DNA from: Eledone cirrhosa
Lineage: Eukaryota
Length of the DNA: 64,000 bases
Assembly: GCA_964016885.1 (NCBI GenBank)
Contig: OZ024740.1
Span: forward strand, 348,874,001-348,938,000
Reading direction: 5' to 3'
The position numbers were made by a program, and so were the translations under genes. The number at the start of each line of letters is the position of its first letter. Position 1 is the first letter of the stretch. Below, piece by piece: positions 38,975 through 49,571 of this stretch. The notes beneath the pieces are model-generated. The model was not told the origin of the DNA. It searched no databases and saw only the letters and a program-made list of their open reading frames with translations.

Positions 38975-41900
38975 AGCAATGAACTACCAACTTTTAAACT
39001 GCGATGTAACGCGAAGGTTTCTCATAATATTATGTATATTTGTTGGCCACCATGTGGTTATTATAATATTTTTTTATCTTTTTACTTCTTTTATCAATAT
39101 ATATCACAAATATTTGTATATTTAAGAAAATTAACATGTACTAGGAATACAGGAAGGTGTTTTTAATCAGTAATGATATATCCTTTTCATAGATTGCAAT
39201 TGTGCCTTTGTAAATCATAAATATGTCTGGTATTATATATATATATAATATTATTAAAGTTGAAATCATTTTATTACAAAGTATTTAAATTCACAAGCCT
39301 GAATTATTTATATTGAAATATTATAAGCGTAAATAATGTTTTTTTTATTTACATATATATTTCCACATAAAATCAAATCATATATGGCTGTATAGTTTTA
39401 TAATTATATTTTTAATCACAAATAATCTGTAATAAATTAAAATTATTATTGTATATATGTCGTATAATGGACATGCTTATATTTTCTTTCGTTGTATGTA
39501 TTTATATTTACATATCATTTATTACATTTAAATAAAAACATGAAAAATTTTGCAAATTGTAGTTTTGTGTTAAAAGTTTCCACTTTTATTTCATTGAATC
39601 TCATTTATATGATACTAATTTCTTCATGTTTGAATTGATTTGGAAGACTTTCATGTTGCAGTCAATTCAAGTTGAACGTGTATATTCTATGTTGTAATTT
39701 AGTCATTTTACCAGATACAAATTAATAAGTAACACGAGTAATTTATTTGTGTCATATACATATATAAACATATTAGACTTGTATATGAAAGCATATATTA
39801 TGATTAGAAAAAATAAATAAACGAGAGACTCGCTCTCAAATATATAAATATTTTTTCGTTTTTTTATATGAAGTTAATATGTCACAGATAACTCAGTAGA
39901 TGTTGAGAATGCGAGACAGCTGTTTCAGGATTCGTTAATCTCTCATCAATGACATCCATTGTAGTGAGATGAAAATAGACGAGAGCCTTTATAGATTTTG
40001 CGTAGTGAGCATTTGGTGCAGTTGCACATTTACATATAATAAATAGCACACATAGGCTGCAAATGCTTATTTGCATATCATTCTAAATAGGCTGGCAGTA
40101 ATACTAACATAGCGTTAAGCATACTAGTGTTATGTATAAATGTATACATTATATATTTGTCTACAATAAACATACGCCAGTTCTGTAAATATGTAACTAC
40201 TAACTATGATGAGGGCACTGGTTATATCAACGAATATGTTTGACCTGTGTTATTCTCCGAGTAAGTACCATGAGAATTATCCAACAATATATTTCAAGCG
40301 TGTGACGATAGTTATCGTTATATGGATATGATATATTTAAAATGGATTTTCCATATATAAATATCGTTTGTGCCTTTCTTTCTTTGAAAACTGGCACCAG
40401 GTGCATTACTGATATGTTAACCCTTTTGCATTTAAAACAGCTAAAATTCACTCACCTCTATCTTTTCAAACCAGCTGTAACTGGTCACTCATACTATTGT
40501 TGGTAACTAAAGCCGTTACCAGGAAAATATAATAATATATAGAGAGTCATGTAAATGCAGAGTAAAAATAGATTTTCGTTTCATTCTTCATAAAACGATC
40601 ATTGAAATCCATCCATCTATTTGCTATTAATTCTGGATAGGCATGCTAGAAATGATCTTGAAAACAGAACTTTCACACTTGTTCTTCATATGTGTACAGG
40701 GCTATTTCAATTATCCACCCCTATAATTATGATTTTGCTATCTCATTAGAAAATGCATGCTGATGTACTCGTTTAAACATTCTCCTTGGTACTCTCATTC
40801 GTATAGATCGTCTGGCTTAATAGATATCTATGTACTTTTTAGCGTATAGATCTTTTAGGCATAATGTGATATGGATTACAGAGCGTTCTTACCTACCATT
40901 TTTATTCAATATATTTTGGTTTTGTCTGTCTGTAATTCATGGTTTTCAAAAGCCATTGGAAATGCCTGCTGAAGGACATACCTTTATAAATCGTCCAGTC
41001 ATTACTTTCGAGTAACCTGTCAACAAAGGCCATTTATCGTGGAATGGATGAAGGTCTCAGAGAGAAAGTGGGCTTCAGTTGAGGGTGATCTTAACTGTCC
41101 ATATCTAAGGGTGATGCTGTCGGACATTAAAGTGTTCCTTTTACCCAAACAATCCAGTGCAAAATCATTGACGCCGGGATGAAATATGGCGACAGGAAGG
41201 CTACCTATAAAACCCAATAATAGTAACGGAAACTAAACAACTCGATACCAGTCCTCTAGCCCGAAGAAGGTTTGCTGCTCTTTCACGAGATTGATGTAAT
41301 CAAAATATTGTCTTAATATTGCTTAGACACTTATAACCACACAGTCGGACGTGATAGCAACGTCCTCGGCATTTCTAGCAATACGAATAGAGAAGTGTTT
41401 CAGACCTAAGTGTTTCAGATAGCTTCTGCACATCATTTACACTGAGAAGACAGAAATCACTCCATGCTACTGTGTAAAATCAGGAATTCACCAAGTATCT
41501 TACCACGAAAACCAGCATTAAACCATCATTCAGAACACGTTTATTAGAAAGCAAAGACAGTACTAACTAAATTCTGGTTCAATAGCACAAAAAACTGAAC
41601 ATGTCACAACACCAAAACCAATCTATGCATGTCGGCAAATAGAGATCAGTAGTGACGGTCGCTCTAAACATATTTTGAATTGCACCTTTACGACTGGCTG
41701 TAATAGTTGCTATAACTAGAGAATAATGATAAAGATGTTTAGTTATTATATATTATATTTTGACTTCAGGTTTTACACTTTTGATTTATTTCCTTCTTAT
41801 CTAAATGTTTGTCATCATTTTAAGTTGTGCTTTACATATACATTTAAGTTTCCTTATTAAACAAACAGTTACCGTTTGTCTTCTAAAACTATTGAACGTG

Positions 41901-42523
41901 CCACTGCTGCTATATTCTGTAATTATATGTTAAGGATTCAGATCCCTTTTCAAAGATTTTTGATGTTCTGTCTAAACACTAGGACGTCAATGTAATAAAC
42001 TGCTCATCCATTTGATTACAGTGAAGCTGTACATTATTACATATGCGGGCAATGCATTGATACCTACTGTGTTATATCAAGCACGTGTTTATTTTCAATC
42101 GTTGTCTGACTATGGTTTAAACAATAATCTGAACACGTTATTTGTCAACTACTATTCCGAGATGAAGTTATTTAAGTTATTTGTATCTTCTAGAATAAAC
42201 ACTATTCTAATTTACTAAAAATAGAAATACTGCGGAATCAATGGAAACTAACAACCACAATCTGGTATGTATATATATATGTGTGTTTGTGTGTATGTGT
42301 GTATGTGTGTATGTGTGTGTGTGGGGGGGGGGGGGTCTATGTGTGCGAGTGTGTGTGTAACCGGGTTTAATCGGGAGTAACCACTGTAAGTACGATACTC
42401 AACACAATAGAGTATATACTATATTTAATATAGAAATGGCTTCTACAGTAGTAGAACAGTTTCATTCGCATGAAGTCATCAGAAAAGCCCCGATGATTTA
42501 TACATATATATAGATATATATAT

Positions 42524-42614
<91 letters not shown>

Positions 42615-43462
42615 TGTGGGGGGGGGGACAGGTGGGTGCGTGTGTGTGCGTGTGTGTGCGTGCTATTTGTCCTTAAATGAACCATGAAAAATAATTATTT
42701 CCAACTCCTTTTTCCATCTCTATTATACAGTACTCAATAAACAAACTAGAAATAATGAACCCCAGCATATTTATTCGTATGTCTCCAATTTATCATCTAT
42801 TCTATATTGCCGTAAGAATGGAATATTCACCTAATGGTATCATCATATTAACAAAGAAGACACGAATTAAAATATTTGATATAATTGAACGTTGTCAATT
42901 CATTTCCAGACTAAAAATATATATTTTCAGTTTACACCAATATGATAAAGACATGTGTTCTAGTGTTATTAGGAGGGATATTTAATCAATGCTTACACTG
43001 GACACGAAATAAAATTCAAATGATATTTTTAATTTTGTGCAAGGCCAGCTCTAACTCGCTCGGTAGGCAAATGAGGCTATAATAATTTAAATTTATTACA
43101 TATTATTTGTAATATATATATATATATATTAATAAAAGGAATTCGAACTTTGTCTGATTTACTCGTTTTATTTACAATCCTTTAAAATTTATATTGGTAT
43201 TAGAATGATGACAGTTAAGTTTTCAATTTTCAACAGTGAAAATTGCAAACTTGACTGTCACCGCAGAATATGAACCTGAAGATTGCGAAAGCATGAAATT
43301 ACTTGTTCAATTAACACTTAACATTTAATATTCTACCATATTATTTCATTCTAATACCATTATAAATGTTAAAGGATTGTAAATAAAACGAGTAAATGAG
43401 ACAAAGTTGGAATTCCTTTTATTAATATAATCTTCTATACACAATCATACACACGTGTATAT

Positions 43463-43502
<40 letters not shown>

Positions 43503-43736
43503 ATGAAATCTAGCTGTCGTCTGTTCTACAGTGTGGATGTCATTCACTTCGCACAGAAGTTTTGTTCAAATTTATTGAGGAAATTTTGTGAGTTCAAACT
43601 TAATTTTGATACAATTGTGTAGCTTGACCCTCCGTCTGAACTGTCAGGCGGTGGGTCAGCTCATCTTTACCCCTCCTAGAGGTGAAAAACCTGTTTTAAA
43701 AAATTTTGTGTAAAAAATTTCAATCGTCTAACAGAA

Positions 43737-45638
43737 ATGTTAAACGCAGCGAACGAAAATAGTGGTGGGGGGACAGCGGTAAGAGTTGTAAGCTCGCACG
43801 CTTTAGTCCTCCCTTCCTTCCCAACTAACGTCATAGAGAAGGAAGGAAAAATTAAAATAAAAACAGACGAATCTGCGGAGAAAAAATTAAATGACGAAAA
43901 CACAAATCTGGACTTGGATTCCAACAACGAAAAAAAAAAATTTGAAAAATTGCATGACAATACTAATAACACAAACAAAGACACAACAAACACAAAAATA
44001 ACAGTTGAAAATAACACCATATCAGAAAACAAAGCAGACGACAAGATTTCATTTGCACAGAAAACAAAGAAATCTTTGACTTATATAGCGGAAAACATTT
44101 CAGATGTGGTACGAAGGATCACGGACGCCAAACAATACATAAGTGAAGGAGAGAATGGCATTTTATCCGTAAAAATGCCTCAAGAATTCACGAAAGACAT
44201 TGAAAGCCGAACGGTCAAGTTTCGGACCATCAACAACAGTACAAAAAAACCTGAACAGCCTTCTCAAGCAGATATCAAAACAGTACTCACAGAAGTACTT
44301 AATGAAACCACTTTCATAAGAAAAGACAGACTGTATGGAAGCCTAGCAATTATCATGAAGAACGAATCGGCGGCAAAAAAATGTGCTTTGTCACCGATTC
44401 GTTCGAAAAATTTCACCTTTTATCCATCTTATATGGGGAAAAGAACTCAACGCATATGGCTGGATGCAATGATGCCAGATGTGGACTACTGCTGGCTCAT
44501 AGCTGGCTTCATCGATCCAGTGAATGACAACGTGATTTCCATTGGGAAAACCACAGGCAATGCGTTCAGTGGAACAGGTATAGAGCTGGTAGTACAAATG
44601 AAGCCTGAACGCATCGCCCAAATACCCGACAGAATCCTATTAGAGGACCACGGGTATATAAACATTAGCGTGGAGGGGAGAAGGCCGTCCTGCCATATCT
44701 GTGCAGGCAGAGGGCACCTGAAGGCCGCTTGTCCCCAACTCAACAAAAATAAAACCCTGCTACCAACACCAGCTCCACCACCACCACCACAACAGATAAA
44801 CAAACAACAAAACTCAGTCCAACCCAACCCGTCCCTCAGTAAAACCACAACACCACCACAACACAAACAGTCACAACACATTACCCCAAAACAAAATACA
44901 GGCCCACCCAACCTCTCACTCAATAAAACAACACAACCACCGCAGTCACAACACACAACACAGTCTAACATAGTGACATCCATCTCCCCCACAAAGAAAA
45001 CCAACACGGAAACATTACCAGCAAACATACATCTTCCCTCCAACACTGAAGATAACCCAACGAATTCGGAGGAAGAAACGGAGTCCTTCAGACAGATTAA
45101 AAGGAAAAAAAGAAAACATGTGCAAAACACACAAGGACAAACAACCCCCACCCAAATCTCAACACAATCCAACAAAACAGAAAACACCCCTCCAGCAACA
45201 AACAAAACCAAACCTGCCCCTCCCCTCTTCGAAACACTCACACCATCGGAAACAAAGACATTACACTATACTTACATCAACAGAAACAATAATAAATTAA
45301 ATGAGCTCATATACAATAATCCTTCGGTACAAACCGAAGGTGTAAACTTTGTTTCGTCAGAAAACTACCCACATTTAAAACTAATAAAGATCCCAATGAA
45401 CCTCTACCAAAAACTAAAAAAGGATTTTAAGGAGGACGTAGGACCACCCTCTGTCAAACCCATAAACAGCGTCCTACTAAAAAGCTTTCCCCCTCCCCTT
45501 CCCCTCCCCAACACAACTCCAAACACCCCAACCCCACCACACACTGACGACCCCACACCACCACAAGACACCCCTTCACCCAACACCTCCGACCCCATGG
45601 GAGTCGTGCAACCCGAACCCCGGGAAGCGGAAAGGTAG
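43737..45638 (+). CDS. LINE ORF1p, gag-like nucleic-acid-binding protein (633 aa)
   Basis: CCHC zinc knuckle CHICAGRGHLKAAC, basic KRKKRK motif, P/T/Q-rich low-complexity tail. Confidence 0.85.
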   Translation: MLNAANENSGGGTAVRVVSSHALVLPSFPTNVIEKEGKIKIKTDESAEKKLNDENTNLDLDSNNEKKKFEKLHDNTNNTNKDTTNTKITVENNTISENKADDKISFAQKTKKSLTYIAENISDVVRRITDAKQYISEGENGILSVKMPQEFTKDIESRTVKFRTINNSTKKPEQPSQADIKTVLTEVLNETTFIRKDRLYGSLAIIMKNESAAKKCALSPIRSKNFTFYPSYMGKRTQRIWLDAMMPDVDYCWLIAGFIDPVNDNVISIGKTTGNAFSGTGIELVVQMKPERIAQIPDRILLEDHGYINISVEGRRPSCHICAGRGHLKAACPQLNKNKTLLPTPAPPPPPQQINKQQNSVQPNPSLSKTTTPPQHKQSQHITPKQNTGPPNLSLNKTTQPPQSQHTTQSNIVTSISPTKKTNTETLPANIHLPSNTEDNPTNSEEETESFRQIKRKKRKHVQNTQGQTTPTQISTQSNKTENTPPATNKTKPAPPLFETLTPSETKTLHYTYINRNNNKLNELIYNNPSVQTEGVNFVSSENYPHLKLIKIPMNLYQKLKKDFKEDVGPPSVKPINSVLLKSFPPPLPLPNTTPNTPTPPHTDDPTPPQDTPSPNTSDPMGVVQPEPREAER

Positions 45639-45671
45639 GTCTCTACACTCTCCTTTGGCTCTGCCGCCCAC

Positions 45672-48600
45672 ATGGATGTGTTAAGAGTAGGATGTTTGAA
45701 TGCACGTGGCCTGGGCTCAACTTGGAAGCAAGCAAAGCTTCTAAATGACCTCAGGTCATGTAGTATAAATGTAATGGTTATCTGTGAGACTCGAATCAGC
45801 GTCGTGCGGCAGCTGGCCCCCACCTTCGATGACTTTGAGGTGCATGCATCTCTCTGTCAACCTGGAGGTGGGGGTGGGGTTGTCGTACTGCTGCAAAAAC
45901 ACCTGGGTCTTGCCGTACAGGTTGTGCACTCGGACCCGGAGGGTCGTTTGTTGGTGCTAGACGTTGGCAGTAGTGAAAGTGCGGCCTTGAGACTGGTCGC
46001 CGTCTACTCCCCTTTCGGAGCTGAACGGCCCGACTTCTTCCAGCGTTTGGAGACTTTTCTGGGAACGTCGCGTTCCCTGCTTCTAGTGGGGGATTGGAAT
46101 AACATCCTGGATGCACGTTGGGACTATGCAGGAGCATGTCCTAATAGAGGGGGGTGTAACAGCCTCAAGGGATTACTCGACCGTTTTAACTTGGTCGATA
46201 GATATCGATTAGATTTTCCAACTGTGCCTACCTGGACTTGGAGAAACCACAGTGGTCAATCTAGATCGTACTTAGATAGATTCTTAGTTAGAAGTAAGGA
46301 TAGGGACATATTAAGCTGTCCAGAAATGCGCACGGTTGGCTACACGGATCACAAATTAGTGACCTGCGTGGTCAATCTCGAGAAAACACATAGACAGGGT
46401 CCCGGTTACTGGAAACTTAATTTGTCTTTACCGGCAAAAGAGACTTACAGAAACCGGATTAGCAGATTAGTTAAGGAGAGGTTGACGGGTGCAATCGTCA
46501 ACAACCGATGGTGGGCATCTCTCAAAAGAGAGATTAGAACAGAATCAATAAGTTATAGCAAGATGTTAGCTGCCAATAGGAATAGAAACGAGAAAGAATT
46601 AACAGGTAAATTAGAAGAGGCAATCAAGAGCGAAGATGTGGCCAGAGTGCTGGCATCGAGGACGGCCTTGAACCAGTTTTTCGATGCAAAGCATGAAGGC
46701 TGCGTCATTCGAAGTAAAATACGTGCTCTAGGTAATGAGGGGGCCAAAGCCGTTGGATGGGCCCGCGTGACAGAAGCTAAAAGTGGAAATCGATCCACCA
46801 TCCGGTCGTTGCAAGACGAAGATGGACGAGTGATCCGGGAGCCTAAGCAGATGTGCGAGGCCTTTCAAAAGCACTTTGCCCGATTGTTCGGGGGAGGCGA
46901 GGGTCCGGGCCGGGGCGTGGATTTCGGTCCATACCTCGACGGCCTGCCGCGTCTCTCGAACAAAGAGGCGGAGTCCTGCGAGGGACCAATCTCGGCTGAT
47001 GAGATCGGAGATGCGCTGAGCCAATGCAGCAGACGCAAATCTCCAGGTCTCGATGGTATACCTTACGAACTTTATTTAGCAATGCCGGTCTTCTTCTCCG
47101 AACTCCTCGAAGCGGTCTACTGCAATTGGCAGCAGAACGGGAGAATTCCTTGTTCTGTAGCCAAGGGCGTAGTCACGCTGGTGAGGAAGGACGAGAACAA
47201 GGGGGATAGTATAAATAATTTTCGGCCCATAACCCTGCTAAACACAGAGTTAAAGATTTTGGCCAAGGTGTTAGCAAAGAGGTTGGCGCTTGTCGTGGGT
47301 GGCCTGGTGGGAGATGCGCAGACATGTGCTATCCCATCCAGGTCCATTCACGATAACCTCCACCTCATGCGATACATCATAGAGAGGGTTGGCAACAAAC
47401 CCGGCTTCGGTGGGGCCCTGATCAACTTGGATCAGTCTAAGGCCTTCGATAGGGTCGACCATGGTTACCTGGATGCGGTGCTAGCGGCGGCTGGGTTCGG
47501 TCCTGTTTTCAGAGGCTGGATCACTGCCCTACATAGCAACCACATCTGTTCTAGGATCAAGGTGAACGGCTACCTTTCGAAGCCGTTCGAAATCACACGA
47601 TCCATTCGACAGGGGTGCCCTCTCTCCTCCCTTCTGTACGTATTGACTCTCGAGCCTTTACTGAGGAAGTTGGAGTTGTTGCAGGGTATCCCCCTGGAAC
47701 CAGGATTGAGCAAAGCGGTGTCGGCCTACGCCGATGACGTAACAGTAATGGTATCAACCGACTCGGAGATCGAGGCGATCGGTACCTTACTGGAGGAGTA
47801 CGAAAGGTTGTCAGGAGCGAAACTGAACCGGGAAAAATCCATCGGGCTGCAACTCGGAACGTGGAGAGGCAGACCGATGCCTCCCGATGGTGTCGTCGGA
47901 CACTGGACGGAGGGCCCGGTAAAGTTGCTTGGGGTCTGGTTTGGACCGGACCTCCAGGTGGAAAAGAACTGGAACGAGGTTACGAACAAGGTGTTTGCAC
48001 TAACCCAGAAATGGGCCAAGTGTAAGCTGTCCCTAAAAGGCCGGGCGGAGGTGGCGAACATTTACATAGCGTCCGTCACTTACTACCGCCTGACTGTCGT
48101 GCCTTGCCCTAAGGAAACACTCACCACCATGGAACGCATGCTCTTCCAATTTCTTTGGAAGAAGCGTCCTCCTATGGTGAGAAGATCCATCTGCTGCCAA
48201 CAACCTTCGAAAGGAGGGCTGGGGATGCCGTGGTTGATGATGCGTAGGCACGCATTAAGGCTACGGCACCTACAGGTATTCCTCACTGGTCAACCGGTGT
48301 GGGCTCCGTTCGTGAAACGAGCCTTTCCGAGACTCGTCTCACTCACCGAGCTACAGTCCTGGGTCAAGCAAAGATCCGGAAAACTGGGAGACTGGCACAC
48401 TGAGTGTGCTCAGGCGCTCAGGGCTCTCTGGCAAGCGGGCCGGGCCATCGGTGGAGAATCCACCTCATCATTCTATAGAGGGCTGGTGGCTAGCAGGGGC
48501 GATGACACCCTTGGAGAGTCGCTGGACATGGAAGAAGACGAACTGGCCAGCCTGTTCGGTAGGACTTTCGGCCCAGGACCAATGGACAACTTCCAGAAGT

Positions 48601-49109
48601 CACTGGCTTGGCAGTGCTACCGAGGGGCTCTACCCGTTCGAGAGAGGCTCTACAGACACGGGCGCCCGGGCAAGGATCCCTCAAAAAAGATTTGCCCTAG
48701 ATGCGTGCGTCACGAAGAAACCGTGGCGCACGCATTGGTGCAATGTCCGGGCGTGGCTGATCTGTGGGGCTACGCCGAACAACTGCTGTCGCGGGTGGCG
48801 CCGATTAAATTGACAGCCAAGTCCGTGATGACAATCAAACCGCCTCCCCTCTTCACAAAGGAAGCAAAGGCGGTTTTTCTGTGCGTAATAGCCATGTTGA
48901 AAGAGGTTGTTTGGTGGACACGATTGAAAGGTCTGAGGTCAGGCAACTTCCTCTCTGGCCATAGTCTGGTCTACTTCTTCCGATATCACTTCGGAAGAAG
49001 GATAAGAATGGAGAGAGAGGTGCTTGGCCACAGGCAGTTTTATGAAAGGTGGGTGATAGTGGCGAGAATGGCTCGTGTAAATGGGCCTTCTCTGTATACC
49101 ATCCTGTAG
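45672..49109 (+). CDS. LINE ORF2p endonuclease/reverse transcriptase (1145 aa)
   Basis: Endonuclease motifs LNARGL, CET, GDWN, LDRF, TDH. Linker GYWKLN. RT motifs KSPGLDG, FRPITLLN, KAFDRV, QGCPLS, YADD. C-terminal CPRC..ETVAHALVQC. Confidence 0.95.
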   Translation: MDVLRVGCLNARGLGSTWKQAKLLNDLRSCSINVMVICETRISVVRQLAPTFDDFEVHASLCQPGGGGGVVVLLQKHLGLAVQVVHSDPEGRLLVLDVGSSESAALRLVAVYSPFGAERPDFFQRLETFLGTSRSLLLVGDWNNILDARWDYAGACPNRGGCNSLKGLLDRFNLVDRYRLDFPTVPTWTWRNHSGQSRSYLDRFLVRSKDRDILSCPEMRTVGYTDHKLVTCVVNLEKTHRQGPGYWKLNLSLPAKETYRNRISRLVKERLTGAIVNNRWWASLKREIRTESISYSKMLAANRNRNEKELTGKLEEAIKSEDVARVLASRTALNQFFDAKHEGCVIRSKIRALGNEGAKAVGWARVTEAKSGNRSTIRSLQDEDGRVIREPKQMCEAFQKHFARLFGGGEGPGRGVDFGPYLDGLPRLSNKEAESCEGPISADEIGDALSQCSRRKSPGLDGIPYELYLAMPVFFSELLEAVYCNWQQNGRIPCSVAKGVVTLVRKDENKGDSINNFRPITLLNTELKILAKVLAKRLALVVGGLVGDAQTCAIPSRSIHDNLHLMRYIIERVGNKPGFGGALINLDQSKAFDRVDHGYLDAVLAAAGFGPVFRGWITALHSNHICSRIKVNGYLSKPFEITRSIRQGCPLSSLLYVLTLEPLLRKLELLQGIPLEPGLSKAVSAYADDVTVMVSTDSEIEAIGTLLEEYERLSGAKLNREKSIGLQLGTWRGRPMPPDGVVGHWTEGPVKLLGVWFGPDLQVEKNWNEVTNKVFALTQKWAKCKLSLKGRAEVANIYIASVTYYRLTVVPCPKETLTTMERMLFQFLWKKRPPMVRRSICCQQPSKGGLGMPWLMMRRHALRLRHLQVFLTGQPVWAPFVKRAFPRLVSLTELQSWVKQRSGKLGDWHTECAQALRALWQAGRAIGGESTSSFYRGLVASRGDDTLGESLDMEEDELASLFGRTFGPGPMDNFQKSLAWQCYRGALPVRERLYRHGRPGKDPSKKICPRCVRHEETVAHALVQCPGVADLWGYAEQLLSRVAPIKLTAKSVMTIKPPPLFTKEAKAVFLCVIAMLKEVVWWTRLKGLRSGNFLSGHSLVYFFRYHFGRRIRMEREVLGHRQFYERWVIVARMARVNGPSLYTIL

Positions 49110-49571
49110 GTAAAGAAGTAAAGGAGAGGGGAGCACCTTCTCCATGTGCTCCCCGGGCAAAGGATTGCACACTTTTTCGGGGGTGTGTGCAACCCCCATC
49201 ACGTCCCCTCCCTTTTGAGGTTATTTTCGATTATTTTCATGTTACACCCTTTTTACTCGATTATATGTAAACTCCCCCTTTGTATTTGTCCCTTCTTTTT
49301 ATGCCTTTATGGTAAATAAAGAAATCTATCTATCTATATGAAATCTAGCTGTCGTCTGTTCTACAGTGTGGATGTCATTCACTTCGCACAGAAGTTTTGT
49401 TCAAATTTATTGAGGAAATTTTGTGAGTTCAAACTTAATTTTGATACAATTGTGTAGCTTGACCCTCCGTCTGAACTGTCAGGCGGTGGGTCAGCTCATC
49501 TTTACCCCTCCTAGAGGTGAAAAACCTGTTTTAAAAAATTTTGTGTAAAAAATTTCAATCGTCTAACAGAA

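Larger units (their letters stand above)
43502..49324 (+). mobile_element. Full-length L1/Tx1-clade non-LTR retrotransposon, copy A
   Basis: 5'UTR, ORF1, ORF2 (APE endonuclease-RT-zinc finger) and a 3'UTR ending AATAAAGAAA. Flanked by (TCTA)9 and (TCTA)3. Absent from the equivalent site in units 1-4. Confidence 0.95.

Noticed and set aside
44486-45241. 251-aa antisense ORF within LINE ORF1, and other short antisense ORFs in ORF2
   Set aside because: Explained by the A/C-biased sense strand giving few antisense stops. No domain is evident.
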